Virus record (IMG/VR): IMGVR_UViG_3300042905_004373
Span: 1 to 64,000 of that record
Strand: one strand, 5' to 3'
DNA: 64,000 nt
DNA from: a virus
How positions within the stretch are numbered: the stretch's first letter is position 1; every line of letters begins with the position of its first letter. The translations under genes were made by a program, and so were the position numbers. This document shows, piece after piece, positions 44,372-55,610 of the stretch. The notes beneath the pieces were generated by a model, which was not told the origin of the DNA, did not search any database, and worked only from the letters and a program-made list of their open reading frames with translations.

Positions 44372-47300
44372 ATGGCCCAAAAAACAAATTTAAATGTAAG
44401 TCCATATTTTGATGATTTTGACTCTGAAAAAAACTTTTATAGAGTTCTTTTTAATCCGGGAAGGCCAGTACAAACAAGAGAACTAAACAATATTCAATCA
44501 ATTTTACAAAATCAAATTGAATCTTTTGGTAGTCACATTTTTAAGGAAGGTTCTGTAGTAATTCCTGGAAATGTCACTTACGATTCTCAATTTTTTGCAG
44601 TTAAGTTAAATTCAACTTCTTTGGGAGTCAATATATCAAATTATATTGAGCAATATGTTGGTAAAAAAATTGAAGGGCAAATATCAGGAATAACTGCTAT
44701 AGTACAAAAGGTTGAAATTCCAAATAATACAAATGATCTAGAATATATTACAATATATGTAAAATACTTAGATTCTGATAATAATTTCACAATAAATCCA
44801 TTTACAGATGGTGAATCTTTAATATCAACTGAAAGTATCCTTTATGGAACTACAACTATTTTTTCAGGAACTCCATTTGCAACATTAATTTCATCAGAAT
44901 CCACATCTACTGGATCTGCAGCATCTATTAATGATGGAGTTTATTTTGTAAGGGGATCTTTTGTAGCGATAACAAAAGAAACTATAATTTTAGATTATTA
45001 TTCAAATATTCCAACTTATCGCATAGGATTGAAAGTATCTGAAGAAATAATAACAGCCAAAGAAGATCCTTCATTGTATGATAATGCAAAAGGATTCACA
45101 AATTATGCTGCCCCTGGTGCAGATAGATTTAAAATATCTTTATCATTAACAAAAAAAAGCATAGACAGTGTAGAAACTGATACTGATTTTATTGAACTTC
45201 TGAGAGTTGAAAATGGAGAAATAAAAAAGGTAAGTACAAAAACACAATATTCTCTAATTAGAGATTATCTTGCACAAAGAACTTTTGATGAATCTGGAAA
45301 TTATTCAATAACTCCATTTAAAATATCTTTACACAATTCTTTAAATAATAGACTTGGTAATGATGGATTATTTTTAGAAAATCAAAAAACAGAAGCAGGT
45401 AACACTCCTTCCGATGATTTGATGTGTATAAAGTTATCTCCAGGAAAATCATACGTTAAGGGATATGATATTGAAAAAACAAATACTACTATTTTAGATG
45501 TAGAAAAACCAAGAACAACTCAAAAAGTTGAAAATGTTTCAATTCCATTTGAAATGGGCAATTTGTTGAGGATTAATAATGTAACGGGATCACCAAAACA
45601 AAATTTACCTGTAGAATTACACTCAGTAAGAAGAAGTGCATCGGGAACTCCTTCCTCTTCTACGAAAATTGGGGATGCTAGAGTTTATAATTTTAGAGTT
45701 ACTGATGCTGCGTATAAAGATGAAACTACTAATTGGGATCTATATCTTTATGATATACAGACATATACTGTATTGACTTTGAATCAACCTTTATCAAGTT
45801 CAGAACTACCAACTACATCTTTTGTTAAAGGTAAGAGTAGTGGTGCTAGTGGATTTGCAGTTTCTGCGGGAAATAATACAACAACAGTTACATTAACTCA
45901 AACATCTGGAACATTTATAAAAGGTGAGCAAATTTATATTAATGGCATTGAGTTATATTCTAGATCTATTGTAAATATAGATGTTTATGATGCATCAGAT
46001 ATTAAACAAATTTATCAGTCAACTTCTGTATCTCTATTTGGCGCACCTTTTATAGGAGATTCTGTATTAACTAAAAATTTACCTATAGGATTTAATGCTT
46101 CTGATACTATTAATATTAATTCTTCAGGAACAGTTACTTGCCCAGGAAAGTTTTTTAATTCAATCAAACCTGGTAGTATTATTAGATACCAACCATCATC
46201 AGGATCTTTAGAAAAGTATAATAGAGTATCCAGTGTAAGTTCTACTGGTTCATCAATGACCCTCGTAAGTGTCGCAAATGTTAATGGTATTTGTGATGGG
46301 TCTGTTGGAGTAGCAACAAACATATCATTTAGCATTGGATATCCAACAATTAGAAATAATGAAAAGGGATTTTTATATGCAGAATTACCAAATTCTAATA
46401 TTTCTTCTGTAGATTTGAATGATTCAATTTTAACATTCTGCGCTCAATCTACAAGTTCAAAATCCTCAAATAGTCCTATAGTATTATCTGTATCAGATTT
46501 TCCTCTACCTTCAGGAATATCAACAGCATTATTTCAAAGTTTTGATGAAGAGAGATACTCAGTACATTATAGTGATGGAACCACAGAATCTTTAACACCA
46601 GATAAATTCTCACTTATCAACAATCAAGTTACATTATCAAATTTAACACCAGGGAAAACAACATCAGCAATTAATGCAACATTTATAAAAAATGGTGTTC
46701 AAAGTAAACAAAAACAATTTAATAGAAGTCAAACAATAAATGTAATTTATTCAAAATATCCAGAATCTGGTACTGGAATCAGTACATCAGTAAATGATGG
46801 ATTAATTTATAATCCATATTATGGACTTAGAGTTCAAGATGAAGAAATTTGTCTTAATTATCCAGATGTATCTAAAGTTTTAGCAATTTATGAATCTTTG
46901 GATACAAATAATCCAATTTTAGATTCTCTTTCATTTAGTGTTACATTAAATGTTGGTACAAATGCATTAATTGGGGAAAATATTACAGGTTCTGAAAGTG
47001 GTTGTATTGCTAGAATTGTTACTAAGTTTGGAAATAGTGTAGGTATTATCTATTTAAATTCAAACAGATTTTTAAATAATGAAAATGTAAAATTTAATGA
47101 GAGTAATATAATTGGTGAAATTGATACATTAACTCTAGGAAGTTATACTGATATAACAAATAGATTCAAATTGGAAAAGGGACAAAAAGGGCAATATTAT
47201 GATTACTCAAAAATTATTAGAGCAGAGGGTGAAACATCACCATCAAAAAGATTATTAATTATTTTTGATTATTATAATGTTCCTCAGACAGATAATGGAG

Positions 47301-50300
47301 ATGTTTTCACTGCTCTCAGTTATAAAAAAGAACAGTTTGCTGAAAATGTACCACTTTTAGGTTCGAATAATATAAGAGCAACTGATACTTTGGATTTTAG
47401 ACCAATAGTTCCTGTATTTTCAAGTATTGCATCTTCACCATTCCACTTTACAAACAGAAACTTTGATTCATCAATTAAATTTAATCTTACCTCAAATGAA
47501 AGTAGCATTGTAAGTTACGATTATTATGTGGGTAGAATAGATAAAATTTATTTGGATAAAAATGGAGATTTTATATATTTAAAAGGTTTATCAACTCTTG
47601 ATCCAAAATCCCCAATTAAAACTAATGATGTAATGGAGTTGGCTACCATTACTTTACCACCATATCTTTACAATGTAAAAAATGCTTCTATTTCACTAGT
47701 TGACAATAGAAGATATACTATGAGAGACATTGGATCTATTGAAAACAGGGTGCAAAACCTTGAAAGAGTTACATCCCTTTCTCTACTAGAGTTAAGCACT
47801 CAAACACTACAAATACAAGATTCTGAAGGATTTAATCGATTTAAGACTGGATTTTTTGTTGATGATTTTAAAAATTATGAAAGAATTAATTCAAACTTAT
47901 CCCTGATTGAAGTTGATTCCGATTCTCAAGAATTAACACCTATAGTATCTAGAAATAGTTTAAAGAATTATTTGGCACCACAATTAAGTATAATTGATGA
48001 AGAAATAGATCTTTCATCTAATTATAATTTAGTAGATTCAAATGTTCAAAAAACCGGAACCACAGTAACATTGAAATATGAGTCTAAAAAATGGATTGAA
48101 CAACCACTGGCAACTCAAGTAGAAAATGTAAATCCATTTCATGTAGTATCATATACTGGATCAGTAAAATTATCACCAAATAGGGATAATTGGGTAAGAA
48201 CAATACAATTACCCAATAAGAGTATATCAGTTACAAATAATCTGTTATTAGAAAGAGATCAAGTTTTATTCGAAGAAAGAACTAATGTTGTAAATGTTGC
48301 TAATGTTGAAAGAAGAGGAGAAGTAGAAGTAAGTTCTCCTCAGTTATCTGCATCTCAGAATATTTCAGAAAGTACAAATAGAACTACAACAACATCAAGT
48401 GTAACAAACTTAACTCAAACAAGTCCAGAAGAATTCATGAGATCAAGAAATACTGAATTTAGTATTTCTAATTTGAAACCATATACTCAATACTATCAAT
48501 TTTTAGATGGTAATGGTTCTGTAGACTTTGTTCCAAAACTTGTTGAAATATCAAGCAATAGTTCTTTAAATGATTTTGGTTCTTCATCCACATTCAATGT
48601 TGGTGAGAAAGTTTTAGGATATGATGCAAATAATAATTTGATTATATCCTTTAGAGTTGCCGCATCAAATCACAAGTCTGGTAGTTATAATTTACCATCA
48701 ACAGTATTTGATACCAATCCTTATAATAAAAATGAAAATATTTCAGATGGTTACAGTCCATCATCTAAAGTATTGAATGTAGATACTTATTCATTATCAG
48801 AAGAGGCTCAAGGATTATATTCAGGATTTTTAGTTAAGGGTGCAAAATTAGTTGGGCAGAGTAGTGGTGCTATAGCATATGTTAAAGATCTCAGATTAAT
48901 ATCTGATAATTATGGAGATTTAATAGGAACCTTCTATATTAGAGATCCTCATACAAGTCCTCCCCCAAATGTGAGAATTAATACTGGAAATAAAACTTAT
49001 AAAATTACATCCAGTCCAACAAATGAGACTGCTGCTGCTGGTAGTACAACAATTTCTAGTGGAGAAACTAACTATATTTCAGTTGGAACAATAGAATTTT
49101 ATGAAACTACAATCACAAATACGACCAATGTAACTACTACCAGAACAAGAACAACTACCTTAACAAATACAACAACAGTCACTAATTACTACGATCCCCT
49201 AGCACAATCTTTTAGTGTTGGTGGTAGTCAAACCAGAAATGATGATGAAAATGGAATATTCCTAACATCAGTTGATCTTTATTTCTATAAAAAAGATTCT
49301 GGAACAAATCCATTAACTGTTCAGATAAGAACAGTTGAATTAGGAACTCCAACTAGAACTATTTTAGGAAATTCTGTTACATTGAGACCAGATCAAATTA
49401 ATACCTCAGAAGATTCGAGTGTTGCAACAAAAGTTACATTTGATTATCCAGTATATCTTGATCCTGGATTAGAATATTGTATTGTATTACTTGCTCCAGA
49501 AAGTGTAGAATATGAAGTTTTCATCGCTGAAATGGGCAAGAAAACAATTCAAAGTGCAAATCTCCCAGATTCAGAATCTGTAGTATATACTCAGCAGTTT
49601 GCTCTTGGAAGTCTATTTAAATCTCAAAATGGATCTATTTGGACTGCAAATCAATATCAAGATATGAAATTTAGATTATATAGAGCTGAATTTATTTCTG
49701 ATACTCCATCTACAGTTTATTTCTACAATCCATCATTAGATAGAAGTAATGGATATGTTAAAAATTTACAAACAAATCCAATTACGGTAATTCCTAGAAA
49801 ATTAAAAGTTGGTATTACTACTATAACAGATTCAAACCTAGTACAAATTTTCAATAATGGTAGAAAAATTAGTGAAGGTGGTGTAAGTTCTAAAACTTAT
49901 AACTATGGATATGTTTTCGGTACTGGATGTTCCGTTTCTTCTGTGGGTATTACTACTGGTGGATTTAACTATGTTACATCTTCTCCAGTATCAACATATA
50001 ATATCAATGGAAATGGTTCAGGATTAACTCTTAATATCACTGCAAGTGGTGGACTAATTACCAATGCTACTATTGCAAATCCTGGAAATGGTTATGCAAT
50101 TGGTGATATAGTTGGAATAGTAACTTCTAGTGTTACAAGTTCTAGCGGAAGAGATGCTAGAATAACAATTACCGGAAACAATAATGGAATTGATACATTA
50201 TACTTATCAAATGTTCAGGGAAATTCATTCACTTCAGGAAAAAATTTGGTATATTACGATTCATCGAATACTGCCATTTCTTTAGCATCAACAACAATAG

Positions 50301-51676
50301 CAAATTCAACCCCAATAGGTTCTATTTACGATGGAAACTTTATTCGTGTGAATCATTTTAATCATGGTATGTATTCTAAAAACAATAAAGTTTCAATTTC
50401 TGGAGTATTTTCTAATGTATTGCCAACTACTTTAACACAACCTATCATTACATCTTCAACTACAATTTCAGTTGCAAGTACTGCAAATTTTGCAACTTTT
50501 GAAGGTAAGTCTGTGGGTAATTTAAATCCTGGATATATAATCGTTGGAAATGAAATCATTAAATATGAAAGTGTTAATGTAAACTCATTAACTGCAATAT
50601 CAAGAGCACAAGATTATACAATAGCAATTCCTCATAATGTTGGTGATCAAGTTTACAAATATGAATTTGAAGGTGTTTCTTTAAGAAGAATCAATAATAC
50701 TCATGATATTAGTGATGTTGGTTTAGATATTGATAGTTACTATATTGAATTTGATAGAACAACCAATGGTGTAAATAGATCAACTGATGGTACACCAACT
50801 GAACATCCTCAGTTATCTTTCTCCTCAGAATTGACCGGAGGAGGATCTGATGTATTTGCCTCAGAAAATATTCAATATGATGCATTAATTCCATTTTATG
50901 ATTTAATAACTCCATCGCCATTAACTTCGGTAACTGCAAAAATTAGATCTGTCAGTGGAACCAGTGTAAGTGGAAATGAAAAATCCTTTGATGATTTGGG
51001 ATATGAAGATATTCAGTTGAATACATTGAATAGACTATATTCATCTAGAATAGTTTGCTCCAAACCGAATGAAGAAGCATATCTAACTGCACTTCCAAGG
51101 AAAAAGTCATTTACAACTGCACTAACATTATATTCTTCAAATAAGTACCTTTCTCCTCAAATATTTTTAGATGGTTCGTTTACTGATTTCCATAGTAATA
51201 GAATAAATTCACCAGTATCAGACTATGCATTAGATGGTAGAGTTAATTCTATTTTCAATGATCCACATGTTGCTATTTACATTTCAAATACTGTATTGCT
51301 ATCTCAATCAGCAACTTCTCTAAAAGTTATTTTATCTGCATATAGACATGCAAGTGCAGACTTTAGAGTTCTGTATAAATTAATTAGACCAGATTCTAGT
51401 GAGGTTGAACAAGTATTTGAATTATTCCCAGGTTATGATAATCTTACAATAGATAATAATAATGATGGGTATTTAGATGTTGTCGATTCAAAAAATAATA
51501 ATGGACTGCCTGATACTCTTGTTCGTGAAAGTAAAGCAAATGAATTTCTAGAATATGAATTTTCTGCAAATAATCTTGGAAGTTTTACTGGATACACCAT
51601 TAAGATTGTAATGACTACAACAAATCAAGCATATCCACCAAGAATTAAAGATCTAAGAACTATTGCATTGGCATAA
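44372..51676 (+). CDS. giant virion protein (2434 aa) occupying the gp9-gp12/wac (baseplate periphery / fibre) position
   Basis: 7.3-kb ORF starting 4 nt after gp8; Ser/Thr/Asn-rich; shares GxGY repeat units with gp7-like, gp8 and gp14. Confidence 0.75.
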   Translation: MAQKTNLNVSPYFDDFDSEKNFYRVLFNPGRPVQTRELNNIQSILQNQIESFGSHIFKEGSVVIPGNVTYDSQFFAVKLNSTSLGVNISNYIEQYVGKKIEGQISGITAIVQKVEIPNNTNDLEYITIYVKYLDSDNNFTINPFTDGESLISTESILYGTTTIFSGTPFATLISSESTSTGSAASINDGVYFVRGSFVAITKETIILDYYSNIPTYRIGLKVSEEIITAKEDPSLYDNAKGFTNYAAPGADRFKISLSLTKKSIDSVETDTDFIELLRVENGEIKKVSTKTQYSLIRDYLAQRTFDESGNYSITPFKISLHNSLNNRLGNDGLFLENQKTEAGNTPSDDLMCIKLSPGKSYVKGYDIEKTNTTILDVEKPRTTQKVENVSIPFEMGNLLRINNVTGSPKQNLPVELHSVRRSASGTPSSSTKIGDARVYNFRVTDAAYKDETTNWDLYLYDIQTYTVLTLNQPLSSSELPTTSFVKGKSSGASGFAVSAGNNTTTVTLTQTSGTFIKGEQIYINGIELYSRSIVNIDVYDASDIKQIYQSTSVSLFGAPFIGDSVLTKNLPIGFNASDTININSSGTVTCPGKFFNSIKPGSIIRYQPSSGSLEKYNRVSSVSSTGSSMTLVSVANVNGICDGSVGVATNISFSIGYPTIRNNEKGFLYAELPNSNISSVDLNDSILTFCAQSTSSKSSNSPIVLSVSDFPLPSGISTALFQSFDEERYSVHYSDGTTESLTPDKFSLINNQVTLSNLTPGKTTSAINATFIKNGVQSKQKQFNRSQTINVIYSKYPESGTGISTSVNDGLIYNPYYGLRVQDEEICLNYPDVSKVLAIYESLDTNNPILDSLSFSVTLNVGTNALIGENITGSESGCIARIVTKFGNSVGIIYLNSNRFLNNENVKFNESNIIGEIDTLTLGSYTDITNRFKLEKGQKGQYYDYSKIIRAEGETSPSKRLLIIFDYYNVPQTDNGDVFTALSYKKEQFAENVPLLGSNNIRATDTLDFRPIVPVFSSIASSPFHFTNRNFDSSIKFNLTSNESSIVSYDYYVGRIDKIYLDKNGDFIYLKGLSTLDPKSPIKTNDVMELATITLPPYLYNVKNASISLVDNRRYTMRDIGSIENRVQNLERVTSLSLLELSTQTLQIQDSEGFNRFKTGFFVDDFKNYERINSNLSLIEVDSDSQELTPIVSRNSLKNYLAPQLSIIDEEIDLSSNYNLVDSNVQKTGTTVTLKYESKKWIEQPLATQVENVNPFHVVSYTGSVKLSPNRDNWVRTIQLPNKSISVTNNLLLERDQVLFEERTNVVNVANVERRGEVEVSSPQLSASQNISESTNRTTTTSSVTNLTQTSPEEFMRSRNTEFSISNLKPYTQYYQFLDGNGSVDFVPKLVEISSNSSLNDFGSSSTFNVGEKVLGYDANNNLIISFRVAASNHKSGSYNLPSTVFDTNPYNKNENISDGYSPSSKVLNVDTYSLSEEAQGLYSGFLVKGAKLVGQSSGAIAYVKDLRLISDNYGDLIGTFYIRDPHTSPPPNVRINTGNKTYKITSSPTNETAAAGSTTISSGETNYISVGTIEFYETTITNTTNVTTTRTRTTTLTNTTTVTNYYDPLAQSFSVGGSQTRNDDENGIFLTSVDLYFYKKDSGTNPLTVQIRTVELGTPTRTILGNSVTLRPDQINTSEDSSVATKVTFDYPVYLDPGLEYCIVLLAPESVEYEVFIAEMGKKTIQSANLPDSESVVYTQQFALGSLFKSQNGSIWTANQYQDMKFRLYRAEFISDTPSTVYFYNPSLDRSNGYVKNLQTNPITVIPRKLKVGITTITDSNLVQIFNNGRKISEGGVSSKTYNYGYVFGTGCSVSSVGITTGGFNYVTSSPVSTYNINGNGSGLTLNITASGGLITNATIANPGNGYAIGDIVGIVTSSVTSSSGRDARITITGNNNGIDTLYLSNVQGNSFTSGKNLVYYDSSNTAISLASTTIANSTPIGSIYDGNFIRVNHFNHGMYSKNNKVSISGVFSNVLPTTLTQPIITSSTTISVASTANFATFEGKSVGNLNPGYIIVGNEIIKYESVNVNSLTAISRAQDYTIAIPHNVGDQVYKYEFEGVSLRRINNTHDISDVGLDIDSYYIEFDRTTNGVNRSTDGTPTEHPQLSFSSELTGGGSDVFASENIQYDALIPFYDLITPSPLTSVTAKIRSVSGTSVSGNEKSFDDLGYEDIQLNTLNRLYSSRIVCSKPNEEAYLTALPRKKSFTTALTLYSSNKYLSPQIFLDGSFTDFHSNRINSPVSDYALDGRVNSIFNDPHVAIYISNTVLLSQSATSLKVILSAYRHASADFRVLYKLIRPDSSEVEQVFELFPGYDNLTIDNNNDGYLDVVDSKNNNGLPDTLVRESKANEFLEYEFSANNLGSFTGYTIKIVMTTTNQAYPPRIKDLRTIALA

Positions 51677-51882
51677 TGATTCCAGTAAAAGGGTATCCAA
51701 ATTTATATCGTGATGAGCAAAGTAATGCTATAATTAATTGTGATGATAAATCATACAATCAATATATGAATGCAGTGAAAAATAGACAACTGCAACAAAA
51801 AGAAATAGATCAAATAAAAAAAGACATCAATGAGATTAAATCTTTATTAAAGGAGTTTATAGATGAATCCAGAGGAAATTAA
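51676..51882 (+). CDS. small coiled-coil protein
   Basis: ATAATGA overlap with giant gene stop; 68 aa. Confidence 0.45.
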   Translation: MIPVKGYPNLYRDEQSNAIINCDDKSYNQYMNAVKNRQLQQKEIDQIKKDINEIKSLLKEFIDESRGN

Positions 51883-52082
51883 TTTAGAATCTTTTGACAG
51901 ATTATTTGAATATGAAAAACATGTTAGACTTATTGATAAATTGGATGTAGAAGAATTAAAAAATTTTGCAAAATTATACTGCAAATTATATTTGAAACAG
52001 CAAGAAGTTTTGGCATCAATTAATTAAAGTAAATCATAAATAATCAAAGAATGCTACTTTTAGAAAATAAAGAATTATACTA

Positions 52083-52925
52083 ATGTCAAAACCTTCAAGT
52101 AGACAAGAATTAATTGATTATTGTTTAAGAAGATTGGGAGCTCCAATATTGGAGATTAATATTGCAGATGAACAAATTGATGATTTAGTCGATGATGCAT
52201 TACAATACTTCTATGAAAGGCATTTTGATGGTGTCGAAAGAATGTATTTAAAATACAAAGTTACTCAAGATGATATAGATAGGGGAAAGGCAAAAAACAC
52301 AAGTGGTGTAGGAATTGTAACAACAACATCAGAAGCAAATATTTCGGGAATTGGAACGGTAACATATAATTTCTATGAAAATTCCAATTTCATTCAAGTT
52401 CCTGATAGTATAATTGGTATTGAAAAAGTTTTTAAATTTGACACTAGTTCTGTTTCTGGTGGAATGTGGAGTATAAAATATCAATTATTTTTAAATGATC
52501 TATATTACTTTAATTCAGTTGAACTTTTACAATATGCGATGGTGAAATCATATTTAGAAGATATTGATTTTCTATTATCTCCAGATAAGCAAATTAGATT
52601 TAACAAAAGACAAAATAGATTATATCTAGATATTGATTGGGGAGCAAAGTCTAAAGATACCTTTATAGTTATAGACTGCTACAGAATATTAAATCCCAAT
52701 GAATATACAAAAGTGTATAATGATAGTTTTTTGAAAAAATATTTAACTGCATTAATGAAAAGACAATGGGGGCAAAATTTAATTAAATTGAGAGGTGTAA
52801 AACTTCCAGGTGGTGTTGAATTAAATGGTGAAAGAATATACGAAGATGGTGAAAGGGAATTGCAGCAGATTAAAGAAAGAATGTCAATGGATTATGAATT
52901 ACCTCCTTACGATTTTATTGGATAA
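52083..52925 (+). CDS. 13: neck (head completion) protein gp13
   Basis: [41 protein letters not shown] ~ T4 gp13 [41 protein letters not shown]; C-terminal [12 protein letters not shown] also matches. Confidence 0.9.
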   Translation: [280 protein letters not shown]

Positions 52926-54325
52926 TGACACTTAATTCATTTTTTTTAAATAATTCCCCAAATGAGCAAAGACTCATACAAGATCTAGTAAATGAAAATC
53001 TAAGGTTAGCTGGAATTGAAATATACTATATTCCAAGAAAAATAGTAAGAAAAGAAACAGTACTTAAAGAAATTTCATCCTCAAAATTCAATGATAATTT
53101 TGCAATAGAAGCTTACTTAGTTAATTATGATGGATATACTGGACAAGGTGATTTATTAACTAAGTTTGGAGTTAGTTTGAAAGATGAAGTTAGTTTATTA
53201 ATTTCCAAAGAAAGATATGAAGATTTTATTTCATATTTCTTAGACGAAGATGATCCAGAAATAGAGTTAAATTCTCGACCAAGAGAAGGTGATTTGGTAT
53301 ATTTTCCTTTAGGAAAAAGATTATTTGAGGTTAAATTTGTTGAACATGAAAGTTCATTCTATCAACTTGGAAAACTTTATGTTTATGAATTGAAGTGTGA
53401 ACTATTTGAATATGAAGATGAGATAATAGATACTACAGTTGATGAAATTGATACCAGTATTAAGAATGAAGGATATATTACTGAAATTCAATTAACTAGA
53501 AGTGGTGAGACAGCAACTGCGATTGCTTCTATTGGAACTGGATATGTAAATAAGATTTATTTAACTAATGATGGTTATGGATATACTTCCACTCCATCTA
53601 TAGAAATATCTCCAGCACCTTTTGGTGGATCTAATGCATCTGCGGTTGCCATTACTTCATCATATGGTTCTTTCAGATCAATTAAGGAAATAATACTATC
53701 TAATCCAGGTTTTGGATATACTATCCCACCAAAAATTACAATAACTGGTGGTGGTGGTGTAGGTGCTTCGGCAACATGTGCTATAGAAACTGTTAATACA
53801 GGAATAACAAGCATATCTATGATTAACAAAGGTTCTGGATATATGTCTAAACCTTCAATATCCTTTTCTTCCCCAATTCCAGGTATTGGAGTAACACCTA
53901 TAGGAATATCTTCACTATCAAATATGGGACAGATTGAGGCAATATTGTTATCAAATTCTGGAATAGGTTATAGTTCTGCTCCGATTATAACCATTTCTCC
54001 ACCACCAACTTCAGGTATAGACACTTCTATTATCAATTATAAATTTAATGAAATTGTAACTGGATCTATATCAGGAACAACTGCAAGAGTAAAATCTTGG
54101 GATTTAGATACTAAAGTTTTAAAAGTTTCATTTATAGATGATGTTAGTGCAAAGGGATTTTATCCTGGAGAAATTATTACTGGATCTGATTCCAATACGT
54201 CTTATGCTACGGTATCATTTGATTCTTTTGATAATAATGATAAATATAGTGAGAATAAAACAATTGAAACAGAAGCTGAACAAATAATAGACTTCTCAGA
54301 AAAAAATCCATTTGGTACTTACTGA
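52925..54325 (+). CDS. 14: neck protein gp14 homolog (by position), expanded with GxGY Ig-like repeats
   Basis: follows gp13 with TAATG overlap; 466 aa vs ~256 in T4; C-terminal repeats DGYGYTSTPSIEISP / NPGFGYTIPPKITIT / NKGSGYMSKPSISFS / NSGIGYSSAPIITIS. Confidence 0.55.
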   Translation: MTLNSFFLNNSPNEQRLIQDLVNENLRLAGIEIYYIPRKIVRKETVLKEISSSKFNDNFAIEAYLVNYDGYTGQGDLLTKFGVSLKDEVSLLISKERYEDFISYFLDEDDPEIELNSRPREGDLVYFPLGKRLFEVKFVEHESSFYQLGKLYVYELKCELFEYEDEIIDTTVDEIDTSIKNEGYITEIQLTRSGETATAIASIGTGYVNKIYLTNDGYGYTSTPSIEISPAPFGGSNASAVAITSSYGSFRSIKEIILSNPGFGYTIPPKITITGGGGVGASATCAIETVNTGITSISMINKGSGYMSKPSISFSSPIPGIGVTPIGISSLSNMGQIEAILLSNSGIGYSSAPIITISPPPTSGIDTSIINYKFNEIVTGSISGTTARVKSWDLDTKVLKVSFIDDVSAKGFYPGEIITGSDSNTSYATVSFDSFDNNDKYSENKTIETEAEQIIDFSEKNPFGTY

Positions 54326-55173
54326 TGCTAGGAACTTATTTTTATCACGAAATTATACGAAGAACTGTTATATCTTTTGGTACTTTATTTAATAATATTA
54401 ATATAAGGCATAAAAATTCATCAGATGAAAATATAAGTGAAATAAAAGTTCCTCTTGCCTACGGACCAATTCAAAAGTTCTTAGCTAGAATTGAACAACA
54501 ACCAGAATTAAATAAACCTATTGCAATGACTTTGCCAAGAATGGCATTCGAAATGACCTCAATTCAGTATGATCCATCAAGAAAAGCAAATATTACTCAA
54601 ACATTTAAAGCTTCAGATGGAAATAATTTTAAAAAAGTATTTTTACCAGTTCCATATAATATTGGATTTCAACTTAATTTGATCAGTAAATTGCAAGATG
54701 ATGCTTTACAGGTTATAGAACAAATATTACCATATTTTCAACCAGCATTCAACTTAACTGTAAATTTAATAGATTCAATTGGAGAAAAAAGAGACATACC
54801 AGTTGTTTTGGATAGTGTATCTTTTACTGATGATTATGAGGGTGATTTTTCTACAAGAAGAATATTAATTTATACCTTTAACTTTACAGCAAAAACTTAT
54901 CTCTTTGGTCCAATTGCTGATAGTACTGATGGACTTATTCGTAAGGTTCAAGTTGATTATTATACTGGAACAGATACTCAAACTGCTAAGAGAGAGATGA
55001 GATATACTGTTACTCCCGATCCAATAGATGCTGAACCATATGAAGACTTTGGATTTAATGAATCAATAGAGATGTTCTTTGATGGTAAAGAATATAGTCC
55101 AACACAACAACAAGACATAGACTATATACAAAGTGGTAGTGGAACTGCTAATGAAGGTCCTATGCCCTTTTAA
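54325..55173 (+). CDS. 15: tail sheath stabiliser / completion protein gp15
   Basis: IEQILPYFQPAFNLTV ~ T4 gp15 VEQILPYFQPHFNTTM; N-terminus MLGTYFYHEIIRR ~ T4 MFGYFYNSSFRR. Confidence 0.85.
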   Translation: MLGTYFYHEIIRRTVISFGTLFNNINIRHKNSSDENISEIKVPLAYGPIQKFLARIEQQPELNKPIAMTLPRMAFEMTSIQYDPSRKANITQTFKASDGNNFKKVFLPVPYNIGFQLNLISKLQDDALQVIEQILPYFQPAFNLTVNLIDSIGEKRDIPVVLDSVSFTDDYEGDFSTRRILIYTFNFTAKTYLFGPIADSTDGLIRKVQVDYYTGTDTQTAKREMRYTVTPDPIDAEPYEDFGFNESIEMFFDGKEYSPTQQQDIDYIQSGSGTANEGPMPF

Positions 55174-55175
55174 TT

Positions 55176-55598
55176 ATGAAAAATAACTATGAAAATTTGG
55201 ATTCTACTTTTAACATTGAAAGTAAAATTGTTGAGGTAGAGAATGTAAATGATCAACTCAATATTTCTCCATTAAAACCAGATGACATTCAAAAAGATTA
55301 TGAGTACACTCGTGCTAATTTATACTCTTTAATTGAAAAGGGGCAAGAGGCAATTAATGGAATCATGGAACTTGCTGGAGAAGGTGGAAGTTCAAGAGCA
55401 TATGAAGTTGCTGGACAACTCATAAAAAGTGTTGGAGATGTAACAGATAAATTAATAGATTTACAGAAAAAACTTAAAGAAGTCGAAGAAGATACCATCA
55501 AAACGACAACTAATACTACGAATAATGCTATTTTTGTTGGTTCAACTTCAGAATTATCAAAATTACTCAAGCAAGGTTTTCTAAATAATAAAGAGTAA
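55176..55598 (+). CDS. 16: terminase small subunit gp16
   Basis: 140 aa; position and C-terminal NNAIFVGSTSELSKLLKQ ~ T4 gp16 NATVFMGSPTELMDEIG. Confidence 0.7.
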   Translation: MKNNYENLDSTFNIESKIVEVENVNDQLNISPLKPDDIQKDYEYTRANLYSLIEKGQEAINGIMELAGEGGSSRAYEVAGQLIKSVGDVTDKLIDLQKKLKEVEEDTIKTTTNTTNNAIFVGSTSELSKLLKQGFLNNKE

Positions 55599-55610
55599 CT
55601 TTTTAATTCT

